This document shows positions 56,393 to 64,000 of a DNA stretch of 64,000 nucleotides, in pieces. The translations under genes were made by a program, and so were the position numbers. Each line of letters starts with the position of its first letter. Position 1 is the stretch's first letter. The notes beneath the pieces were generated by a model that was not told the origin of the DNA, searched no databases, and saw only the letters and a program-made list of their open reading frames with translations. Source of the stretch: an uncultured Candidatus Saccharibacteria bacterium (lineage in GTDB: Bacteria > Patescibacteriota > Minisyncoccia > Phycocordibacterales > Zambryskibacteraceae); assembly GCA_964582295.1 (NCBI GenBank), contig CAZOQP010000001.1, positions 9,588 to 73,587 on the forward strand, read 5' to 3'.

Positions 56393-57136
56393 TTATTTTG
56401 CGGCAGACTTACGAGCTTTCACTGTGCGCTTCTTTTTCTCAGGAGCTGCACTGTCTGTCGATTCAGAGCTAACTTTGCCGCCCATCTTTGCTTCCAGTAT
56501 GGAAAAAGTTTTCTCCGGGTCAACGAATACGAGGTATTTTGCCTTGAGAGCGGAAACAACATCCAAATTCCTAGTCTCCCCTATGGAAAGATTGCCGATA
56601 TTCCTGAGGGCTCTCTCGGTCATTTCGTTCTTCACCGGCAAAAGAACATAAGCGGCATTCTCTCTTTTGTTGCGAAGAGCAGAAGCGCGGGCACCAGTTG
56701 AAAGTGCATGCACCATGGCGATACCTTCTTTGGTTTTACCTGCCAAAGAAAAATCCTCTGTGAAAATAATTTCCTTATCCTTCACTTTTCCTGAAAGCAC
56801 AGCTACGAGTGCCGCTGTCCTCATTTTGCGATTCACTTTTCGGAAGAAATTCTTGTCGTTGCGCGGGCCGTGAGCTACACCTCCTCCAACCCATATAGGT
56901 GAGCGAGTGGAACCATGACGTGCGCGGCCTGTACCTTTCTGCTTCCAAGGCTTTTTTCCGCCTCCTCTTACCTCGCCTCGGGTTTTAGTGTGAGCGATGG
57001 CACTACGTGCGGAAGACATCATGGAACGCACCACCTGCTCCACCAAGTCGGCATTTTTCTTTACGCCGAAAAACTTGGATGGGAGTTCCACCTCACGTGA
57101 TTTCTTTCCTTCTTTTGTAAATACGTCCGCGTTCAT
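56393..57136 (-). CDS. rplD: 50S ribosomal protein L4
   Basis: 247 aa. Confidence 0.9.
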   Translation of the reverse strand: MNADVFTKEGKKSREVELPSKFFGVKKNADLVEQVVRSMMSSARSAIAHTKTRGEVRGGGKKPWKQKGTGRARHGSTRSPIWVGGGVAHGPRNDKNFFRKVNRKMRTAALVAVLSGKVKDKEIIFTEDFSLAGKTKEGIAMVHALSTGARASALRNKRENAAYVLLPVKNEMTERALRNIGNLSIGETRNLDVVSALKAKYLVFVDPEKTFSILEAKMGGKVSSESTDSAAPEKKKRTVKARKSAAK

Positions 57137-57144
57137 TTTATATT

Positions 57145-57831
57145 TTAAGATTTCTTGCTCAGGATCTTGACGAGAGTTCCTCTGCGTCCCGGCACGGCTC
57201 CTGCAAGAAGTATTTCGTTCGCTTCGGGAAGGACTTGAAGAACTTTCAGGTTATCAACCGTGACAATGGTGCCTCCCATGCGGCCGGCCATCCTTTTACC
57301 TTTAGGCACTTTGGTGCGAAGCCCGCCTCCAATAGAGCCCGGCTCACGTTCCGAGTGCTTCTGGCCGTGAGAGCGCGGGCCGCCGTGGAAGCCGTGGCGC
57401 CTTACAACACCCTGAAAGCCTTTGCCTTTAGAGGTTGCTGTGACGCGCACTATATCTCCGACCGAGAAAGTGGAAACATCAAGTGATGCACCTCTTTCAA
57501 GACCGAGCGACTCACCTGTTTTAGAGCGGAACTCGCGGAGAACTTTGAAATTTCCAAGTTCCTTTGTGTGGCCTTTGAGCGCCTTTGAGATCCTTTTTTC
57601 TTTACGCGTACCCGCACCTACCTGCACAGCCTCATATCCGTCCGAGGAAGAATTTTTCACCTGGGTTACCACCACCGGTGTAACAGAGATGATGGTGGCA
57701 GCATGAACACGGCCTTCTTCGTCGAAGACCTGTGTCATTTCTTTTTTTTCTCCAAGAATAAATTTCATATAAGTTTCTAAGTTCAAAAAGTTCCGCTCGC
57801 TTTGCGAGTTTATAAGTTCTATAAGTTTCAA
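57145..57831 (-). CDS. rplC: 50S ribosomal protein L3
   Basis: 228 aa. Confidence 0.9.
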   Translation of the reverse strand: MKLIELINSQSERNFLNLETYMKFILGEKKEMTQVFDEEGRVHAATIISVTPVVVTQVKNSSSDGYEAVQVGAGTRKEKRISKALKGHTKELGNFKVLREFRSKTGESLGLERGASLDVSTFSVGDIVRVTATSKGKGFQGVVRRHGFHGGPRSHGQKHSEREPGSIGGGLRTKVPKGKRMAGRMGGTIVTVDNLKVLQVLPEANEILLAGAVPGRRGTLVKILSKKS

Positions 57832-57854
57832 ACTTACCTAACTTATTTAACTTC

Positions 57855-58235
57855 CTAAACTATTTTCACGTCTATCATCACGCCCGAGGGCAGAGAAAGA
57901 TTAGTGAGTGATTCGATGAGCTTCGGTGTAGGGTTCAGAATATCTATCAATCGCTTGTGTATCCTCATCTCAAATTGCTCTCGCGCGTTTTTGTAGACGA
58001 AGGCCGAGCGGTTGACAGTGTATTTCTTGAACTCTGTCGGAAGAGGGATAGGACCATGCACTACTGCATCGTAGCGCTCGGCTGTATCTATGATCTGCTT
58101 CACCGAAAGGTCAAGAATCTTGTTCTCGTAAGCCCGCACTCTTATGCGCAGGCGCGAGATAGCCGGTTCTTCCTTCTTTTTGGAAGGTTTCTTGGCTTTC
58201 TCTTCCGTGTTGGTTTTTTTTGTTGACGATGCCAT
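57855..58235 (-). CDS. rpsJ: 30S ribosomal protein S10 (N-terminal Lys-rich extension)
   Basis: S10 core (RIRVRAYENKILD...). 126 aa. Confidence 0.9.
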   Translation of the reverse strand: MASSTKKTNTEEKAKKPSKKKEEPAISRLRIRVRAYENKILDLSVKQIIDTAERYDAVVHGPIPLPTEFKKYTVNRSAFVYKNAREQFEMRIHKRLIDILNPTPKLIESLTNLSLPSGVMIDVKIV

Positions 58236-58271
58236 GTAAGGAACTTTGATTTCGGTCGGGTCCTCTAGAGC

Positions 58272-59471
58272 TTAGGCAACTATTTTTGTTACCACGCCTG
58301 CACCCACCGTTTTGCCTCCTTCACGGATGGCGAAACGCATTTTATCTTCAATAGCAACTGGCGCCACGAGCTTCACTTTGAAAGTCACAGTGTCTCCAGG
58401 CATTACCATTTCAACACCTTCAGCCAAAGTAACTTCGCCTGTTACATCCGTGGTGCGGATGTAGAACTGCGGCTTGTAGCCAGTGAAGAACGGAGTGTGG
58501 CGGCCTCCCTCTTCTTTCTTGAGGATGTACACTTCCGCCTCAAAATCAGTATGAGGTTTAACAGAGCCTGTCTTTGCAAGCACCTGGCCGCGAGTGAGGT
58601 CTTCCTTGCGGGTACCGCGAAGAAGAATACCTGCGTTGTCTCCCGCCTGACCCTGCTGAAGCGATTTGTTGAACATTTCAATTCCGGTCACAGTTGTCTT
58701 GGCGGTGTCCTTAAGGCCAACGATCTCTATTTCATCACCTACCTTGAGAGTACCGCGCTCGATCCTTCCGGTTGCCACTGTGCCTCGGCCTTCAATAGAG
58801 AAGATGTCTTCGATAGGCATGAGGAACGGCTTGTCCAATTCACGCTCCGGGATCGGAATGTAGCTGTCCAAGGTGTTTACAAGCTCAAGAATTTTCTTTG
58901 CCCACTCGTCGTCATTCGTTGATGCTTCAAGGGCTTTAAGTCCTGAACCGCGGATGATAGGAGCATTCGCACCGTCGTAATTCTGCTTGGTCAAAAGCTC
59001 GCGCACTTCCTCTTCCACGAGGTCGATAAGTTCCTGATCAGGAACCATGTCGCACTTGTTTAGGAAGACGATGACTTTCGGCACACCCACCTGGCGGGCG
59101 AGCAGAATGTGCTCACGTGTCTGCGGCATCACGCCGTCCGTAGCTGCCACCACAAGGATAGCGCCGTCCATCTGAGCCGCACCAGTGATCATGTTCTTGA
59201 TGTAGTCGGCGTGGCCTGGAGCATCGATGTGAGCATAGTGCCTGTTCGGCGTCTCATACTCGTTGTGGGAAAGGGCGATAGTAATACCGCGGGCCTTTTC
59301 CTCAGGAGCCTTGTCAATGCCGTCAATGCCAACAACCTTAGCGGAGTAGCCATCTCCTTGGCGGTTCAAAACCGAAAGAATAGCCGCCGTAAGGGTGGTT
59401 TTGCCGTGGTCAACGTGGCCGATGGTGCCTACGTTCACATGCGGCTTCGAACGATCAAATTCTGCTGCCAT
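58272..59471 (-). CDS. tuf: elongation factor Tu
   Basis: 399 aa with [14 protein letters not shown] and NKCD GTPase motifs. Confidence 0.97.
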   Translation of the reverse strand: MAAEFDRSKPHVNVGTIGHVDHGKTTLTAAILSVLNRQGDGYSAKVVGIDGIDKAPEEKARGITIALSHNEYETPNRHYAHIDAPGHADYIKNMITGAAQMDGAILVVAATDGVMPQTREHILLARQVGVPKVIVFLNKCDMVPDQELIDLVEEEVRELLTKQNYDGANAPIIRGSGLKALEASTNDDEWAKKILELVNTLDSYIPIPERELDKPFLMPIEDIFSIEGRGTVATGRIERGTLKVGDEIEIVGLKDTAKTTVTGIEMFNKSLQQGQAGDNAGILLRGTRKEDLTRGQVLAKTGSVKPHTDFEAEVYILKKEEGGRHTPFFTGYKPQFYIRTTDVTGEVTLAEGVEMVMPGDTVTFKVKLVAPVAIEDKMRFAIREGGKTVGAGVVTKIVA

Positions 59472-59645
59472 GGTAATTATTGGGAATAAAAGATAATAAG
59501 TTGAAGAGTACCGCGCTTTCCCTGTCGCGAGAGCGTTGACAGAGAGAACGTGCTACAGCGCCATAACGAAAAAAGCCGAAACAGGCGGTAGGGAATATCT
59601 TACGGGAGAGCCACGGAAAGTCAACCCCGAACAGACCTATAGAGC

Positions 59646-59681
59646 AAAAACCCTGTCCGCCAGCTGGCGGACAGGGTTTTT
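59646..59681. terminator. bidirectional rho-independent terminator AAAAACCCTGTCCGCCAGCTGGCGGACAGGGTTTTT
   Basis: Perfect palindrome with A/T runs on both sides, between the MscS-like gene and tuf. Confidence 0.75.
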
Positions 59682-59711
59682 GCTTTCCGGATACCAATAC
59701 CGGCTTAAGTC

Positions 59712-60404
59712 TTATTGCTGTCTGTGAGACATTTCTGAACGAGCTCTGTCAAGCCAGCGTGCCGCAGCTTCCTGACCTCCGAGCCCGAATGAAAGGCCGA
59801 ATGCCAAGGCGATAGCTACTACAACACCCATGAAGAGGGTCTGAATGATCTGCACTCCGATACCAAGCTGTGAAAGTGCGACCAAGAGACCGAAGATCCA
59901 GATGGACCAGCGAGCGAGCGTGCCGAGCATATTGGCAGAGCGAACTTCAGCCGCCCTTGCGGACGATGAAACTATTCTCTGTACAACGTCACCCAATACA
60001 CCAGCCACTAGAAGGACAAGCACTGCTACGATCACCTGAGGAAGGTAGCCCAAAACTGCCTGGGAGAGGAAAGCATTGACCTGACTAAGGCCAAGAACCT
60101 CAAAAGCAGCGATGAAGAACACCACGATAATGAACCATTTAACCAAGCCACCTACAAAGGCGCCCGAGTTCAAGTTCATGCCGCCGCGGCGCATCAAGTC
60201 CTCCGCACCGGTCTTCTTGAGGGCTTCATCAACTCTAATTGAACGGAATATCTGCCAAATTGCTTTGCCGATTACCGAACCGATAAGCCAGCCCAAGATA
60301 ACGATGATCAAGGCAACTACGAGATTCGGAAGGAATCGCGCTACGCCGAGCCATACGTCTTGAAATGACGCTGTTAAAACGTCACCCCATGTCTGAAACA
60401 TCAT
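59712..60404 (-). CDS. membrane protein with conserved TM-helix repeats (MscS-like small mechanosensitive channel family)
   Basis: 230-aa polytopic protein with repeated hydrophobic helices. Confidence 0.6.
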   Translation of the reverse strand: MMFQTWGDVLTASFQDVWLGVARFLPNLVVALIIVILGWLIGSVIGKAIWQIFRSIRVDEALKKTGAEDLMRRGGMNLNSGAFVGGLVKWFIIVVFFIAAFEVLGLSQVNAFLSQAVLGYLPQVIVAVLVLLVAGVLGDVVQRIVSSSARAAEVRSANMLGTLARWSIWIFGLLVALSQLGIGVQIIQTLFMGVVVAIALAFGLSFGLGGQEAAARWLDRARSEMSHRQQ

Positions 60405-60524
60405 ATGATTACTGTTATTGCTTTAATAATGACCTTAATTTGAGACCCTGTAATACATTATAGCCCCTGTGGAAAAGCTGGGGGACAAATGCATGGAAAA
60501 CGTGTGGATAAGCCGGGGAAAACC

Positions 60525-61157
60525 CTACTCTGCAAAAATGGCCAGTTTATTGAGGATTTTGTCGTGCTTATAGTCAAAAACGTCCCTTATAAGCTTGTCA
60601 TACATGCCGTAACGATATAAAAATTCAGGGGTTTCAAAGGCGGCATAGCGAATTTCACGGCCTAGCTTGGCCTCTATAAGCCCAACCGCTTTTTCAACAG
60701 CTGCTTTTTTCATATTGTCGGCGACCACAATGAGGTCCAGGCGCGCCTCCGTATCTTCTAGGAACATTCCCGAGATGCTTACGAGCTTCAAGGTGCCCGT
60801 TTGGGAAAGCTTGGTCACGATATCTTTCGATGGAAGGATGTTGGTGCGGTGGAAAAACTGGTTAAGGGCATCCGTAAGAGGAAAATTGGGGTGGAGCATC
60901 CACACGGTTTTTCTCACGCGCGTAGTTTTCCTTTTCCCGCCTTTTTTAACTACCAAGTCCCGGACAGCTCTCCCCCGCTTCAGGAATCCGAGCTTTTGGA
61001 GGTAATCTATCGCATTTTTAGCCCACTCCGGGTTTTCCTTCACCCTGTCGGTTATTTCTTCATGCGTCAGGGCAGTTTCCTGATTGAACAGGAAAAACTT
61101 GAGGGTCTTAACCGTTGCCGCTCCGCCAAACAGCTTTTCCAGTATTGCATCCGTCAT
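60525..61157 (-). CDS. hypothetical protein (N-terminal winged-helix-like region)
   Basis: 210 aa with no confident domain. Confidence 0.5.
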   Translation of the reverse strand: MTDAILEKLFGGAATVKTLKFFLFNQETALTHEEITDRVKENPEWAKNAIDYLQKLGFLKRGRAVRDLVVKKGGKRKTTRVRKTVWMLHPNFPLTDALNQFFHRTNILPSKDIVTKLSQTGTLKLVSISGMFLEDTEARLDLIVVADNMKKAAVEKAVGLIEAKLGREIRYAAFETPEFLYRYGMYDKLIRDVFDYKHDKILNKLAIFAE

Positions 61158-61203
61158 TGCATTTCTATACTTTGGATTGTATTCCTAAAATCAAAGAGAG
61201 CAA

Positions 61204-61243
61204 GTGCATCAAAAAACGCCCCTAGGGGCGTTTTTTGATGCAC
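61204..61243. terminator. 40-bp perfect palindrome GTGCATCAAAAAACGCCCCTAGGGGCGTTTTTTGATGCAC (bidirectional terminator 3' of rplL)
   Basis: GC-rich core stem flanked by A6/T6. Confidence 0.75.
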
Positions 61244-61257
61244 TAATGCAATATCTC

Positions 61258-61653
61258 TTATTTGAGGGTCACTTTTCCTCCTGCCTCTTCTATTCTTTTC
61301 TTCAATTCTTCCGCTTCTTCCTTTTTCATATCCGGCTTGAGGACTGCAGGTGCACCGTCCACGAGGTCTTTTGCTTCCTTGAGACCAAGAGCGAGAACTT
61401 CCTTCACAATCTTGATAACTGCGATCTTGTTTGCGCCGCCATCTGTCAATTCAACCGCGAAGGTTGATTTCTCTTCGGCCTCTGCTCCACCACCGGCTGC
61501 CGGGGCTGCCGCTACTGCCGTTGCTGATACTCCGAACTTTGTTTCAAACACTTTCACAAGCTCATTTAGATCAATGACCGACATAGCTTCTATCTCGTCC
61601 ACTATCTTTTTGAACTTTGCAGGAACTTCTGCTTTTACCTGTGTGTCTTCCAT
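61258..61653 (-). CDS. rplL: 50S ribosomal protein L7/L12
   Basis: 131 aa with an Ala-rich hinge and C-terminal domain. Confidence 0.93.
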   Translation of the reverse strand: MEDTQVKAEVPAKFKKIVDEIEAMSVIDLNELVKVFETKFGVSATAVAAAPAAGGGAEAEEKSTFAVELTDGGANKIAVIKIVKEVLALGLKEAKDLVDGAPAVLKPDMKKEEAEELKKRIEEAGGKVTLK

Positions 61654-61664
61654 GTTTTTGTTAA

Positions 61665-62150
61665 TTATTTTTTATCTGCTATCGCTTTAAGACCAATAAC
61701 CAATCGCTGTATAGGCGAATTGATGATGTTCACGAATTTGCCGTGAAGAACGGAGAGAGAAGGAATGGATGCGATATTCATCATTTCTTCCCTGTTCATG
61801 AACTTTCCTTCGAAAACTCCTCCCAAAATGGAAAGGTTCTCCGGGAATTTTTTCTGGAACTCAAAGATGTTGCGTGCCGGTGCAACCAGGTCTTCTCCGT
61901 ATGCCCATGCGACTTCTCCGGGAAGCTCGGGCTCTGTTCCTTCCACTTTTAGATCTTCAAGAGCTTTGCCCATGAGAGATTTCTTCGCAACGGTATATGA
62001 AATACCTTCACCTGTGAGGGCTCTGCGAAGATTAGTGGTATCTGCCACGTTCAAACCTTTGAAGTGCACGAACACAATAGACTTGGCTTTTTTGGCCGCA
62101 ATTTTGAGTTTCTCAAGGATCTCTCCTTTTTTTGCTTTGTTTAATGCCAT
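61665..62150 (-). CDS. rplJ: 50S ribosomal protein L10
   Basis: 161 aa. Confidence 0.9.
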   Translation of the reverse strand: MALNKAKKGEILEKLKIAAKKAKSIVFVHFKGLNVADTTNLRRALTGEGISYTVAKKSLMGKALEDLKVEGTEPELPGEVAWAYGEDLVAPARNIFEFQKKFPENLSILGGVFEGKFMNREEMMNIASIPSLSVLHGKFVNIINSPIQRLVIGLKAIADKK

Positions 62151-62313
62151 TTTTTAGCTGTTTTGCTAAAAATAAAATCGACCTGTAAGGGCCGAATGAG
62201 AATGGGAAACATCTTTCAATGTTTCCGCCTCGGCGGGTCTTCTGTCTTTAGACCGCCCGCTGTCTTTGGCCTTACGAGGGGTACTTTACGTAAATAAATA
62301 GTAAAAAGCAATA

Positions 62314-62340
62314 GGGGCGGACGCCGTTGGCGTCCGCCCC
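62314..62340 (-). terminator. rho-independent terminator GGGGCGGACGCC-gttg-GCGTCCGCCCC
   Basis: 3' of gmk, followed by a T-rich tract on the minus strand. The region 62151-62313 is the presumptive rplJ leader. Confidence 0.7.
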
Positions 62341-62351
62341 CTGTATCACTT

Positions 62352-63062
62352 TTAGAACTCGCGAAGAAGTATTTCCACCCTTTCTGCCATCGCCTTAACA
62401 GTTAAGCGCTCTGCTCTTTCGGAATCTGCCGAAGCAACATGTGCTCCCCTGTTCCGTCTCGCTCGCTCTACACGAATGATGGCGGCGAGATCTTCCACTG
62501 CATGCTCAAGTATGTCGTTCTCAACAACATAATCGAACAGGAGGAAGGACTCAATCTCGCCACGAGCATTATTCATACGCTCTGCAAAGTCGATAACGGA
62601 TTTGCTCTCATTAAATACTTTTCCTTGCTCGACCGCTCTTTGCTTCTCGGCTGCCATACGGTCGGTCAAGCGACGCATGAGAACCCTTTTGGAGGGCGGG
62701 ATGATGAAGATACTCAATGCATCAGGGCGCTTATCCTTTACCTGCCTTTGGCCCTGCACATCGATATCAAGCAGAACATCCTTTCCTGAGGCCAGCATTT
62801 CTTCGAGTGCCTGGATACTTGTGCCATACCAGTTGCCATGCACTTCTGCCCACTCCACGAATTCACCCGCATCTTTCATTCGGATGAACTCGTCAACCCC
62901 TCGAAAGAAATAATGCACTCCCTCATCCTCATTGGGCCGTAGCAAACGCGTGGTATGGGATACACTAAAACCCAGGCAAAGCATGGAATCCATCACTCCT
63001 GTGAGAAGAGTGCCCTTACCCACACCCGAAGGACCTGAAGCAACAACTGGCATTCTATTCAT
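62352..63062 (-). CDS. gmk: guanylate kinase (C-terminal extension)
   Basis: P-loop GPSGVGKGT and guanylate kinase motifs. 236 aa. Confidence 0.88.
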   Translation of the reverse strand: MNRMPVVASGPSGVGKGTLLTGVMDSMLCLGFSVSHTTRLLRPNEDEGVHYFFRGVDEFIRMKDAGEFVEWAEVHGNWYGTSIQALEEMLASGKDVLLDIDVQGQRQVKDKRPDALSIFIIPPSKRVLMRRLTDRMAAEKQRAVEQGKVFNESKSVIDFAERMNNARGEIESFLLFDYVVENDILEHAVEDLAAIIRVERARRNRGAHVASADSERAERLTVKAMAERVEILLREF

Positions 63063-63139
63063 GTGAACTCCTGAAAGAGCGAAGATTACTAGAACTCTAG
63101 GGTGTATTCAACACAAAAATCAAAAATTAGCAAACAAAT

Positions 63140-63165
63140 AAACCCGCCAGCCGGCTGGCGGGTTT
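63140..63165. terminator. rho-independent terminator AAACCCGCCAGCC|GGCTGGCGGGTTT + T-run
   Basis: Near-identical to the 28783 hairpin. 3' of fusA. Confidence 0.75.
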
Positions 63166-63173
63166 ATTTGTTT

Positions 63174-64000
63174 TTATTTTCTGGATTCAATAATGGTCTG
63201 CGCTACGTTAGGTGGGACGATGGCATAGTGATCAAATTCCATAGTGGAAGATGCGCGGCCTTCAGTCATGGAGCGAAGGGATGTTACATATCCGAACATT
63301 TCTGAAAGAGGAACTTTAGCACGAATAACTTTCAATTCACCTCTCTCTTCCATACCTTCTATTTGTCCACGCTTGCCAGAAAGGTTGCCTGTTACATCAC
63401 CCATGAATTTCTCTGGTGTTACAACTTCTATTTTCATAATAGGTTCAAGGAGAACCGGTTTGGCTTTTTTAGCCGCTTCCTGGAAAGCTTGCGAAGCCGC
63501 TATCTTGTAAGCAATTTCAGACGAGTCCACATCGTGATAAGAACCATATAAAAGCTCGCATGAAATATCAGTCATCTTGAAGCCGGCGAGAATACCTCTG
63601 TCCATGGCCTCGCGTACACCCTTCTCCACGGCCGGAATGAATTCCTGTGGAATTACACCGCCTTTGATGGAATCAATGAATTCAAAGCCATCCTCGCGAT
63701 GCGCATTTTTAGGCACCTTTTCTTCCGGATCATATTCAGGAAGCGGCTTGATGAGGATCTTTACGTGACCGTACTGGCCCTTTCCTCCCGTCTGCTTGAT
63801 ATATTTATTTTCCACTTCAGCTTCACCTGTGATGGTTTCTTTGTATGCCACCTGGGGCGCACCCACATTTGCTTCCACGCCGAATTCTCTCTTCATACGA
63901 TCAACAATGATCTCCAAATGAAGCTCTCCCATGCCCATAATGACGGTTTCCGCTGTTTCCTGATCAGACTTGATCCTGAATGTCGGGTCTTCATCAGAAA
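63174..64000 (-). CDS. fusA: elongation factor G (C-terminal part; gene continues beyond window end)
   Basis: EF-G domains III-V ([35 protein letters not shown]...). The ORF is open to the window edge. Confidence 0.9.
   Translation of the reverse strand, partial: SDEDPTFRIKSDQETAETVIMGMGELHLEIIVDRMKREFGVEANVGAPQVAYKETITGEAEVENKYIKQTGGKGQYGHVKILIKPLPEYDPEEKVPKNAHREDGFEFIDSIKGGVIPQEFIPAVEKGVREAMDRGILAGFKMTDISCELLYGSYHDVDSSEIAYKIAASQAFQEAAKKAKPVLLEPIMKIEVVTPEKFMGDVTGNLSGKRGQIEGMEERGELKVIRAKVPLSEMFGYVTSLRSMTEGRASSTMEFDHYAIVPPNVAQTIIESRK

Noticed and set aside
62151-62313. Possible independent ncRNA between gmk and rplJ.
   Set aside because: Most simply explained as the rplJ leader plus the gmk terminator. 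No distinctive conserved structure could be assigned by eye.

Overview
This 64-kb window is gene-dense and mostly minus-strand. Its gene content suggests a small-genome bacterium of the CPR/Parcubacteria type: a complete type IV pilus/competence cluster, a compact ribosomal super-operon with extended r-proteins, and almost no biosynthetic genes. This is an inference, not a taxonomic assignment.

Contents, in order:
- tRNA-Met plus a degenerate tRNA-like element.
- gatC-gatA and ligA.
- A pilM-N-O-B-(CheY)-T-C-A-D cluster with three pseudopilins and a PilX-like protein, followed by comF.
- A stand-alone IMP-cyclohydrolase domain.
- An AT-rich accessory island beside tRNA-Ser. It holds an AbrB/MazE-like gene, a DpnI-like nuclease, a wH-HNH nuclease, a Dam-family methyltransferase, an sce7726/sce7725-like pair and a HigB/HigA-ImmA module.
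- recG, a tRNA-Ile with anticodon UAU, ftsH, smpB and an adjacent tmRNA (ssrA).
- infC-rpmI-rplT, a beta-CASP RNase, ndk, map and adk.
- The spc/S10 r-protein operons, tuf, rplJ/rplL, gmk and a partial fusA.

The most notable signals:
1. A complete diversity-generating retroelement (DGR) sits between rplB and rpsS inside the S10 operon, together with a RAYT/IS200-like gene. It has a DGR-type RT with the LGNLTSQ motif, an oppositely oriented Avd-like four-helix-bundle gene, a 129-bp TR and a VR at the 3' end of a 202-aa target gene. All 14 TR/VR mismatches are adenine-specific.
2. Three copies of a ~350-nt composite intergenic repeat with a conserved ~165-nt core enclosed by covarying helices.
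3. Two related 40-42-bp perfect palindromes, one inside the RT coding sequence and one in a repeat copy.
4. A split DpnI-like / HNH / Dam locus and an sce7725/7726-like pair in the island.
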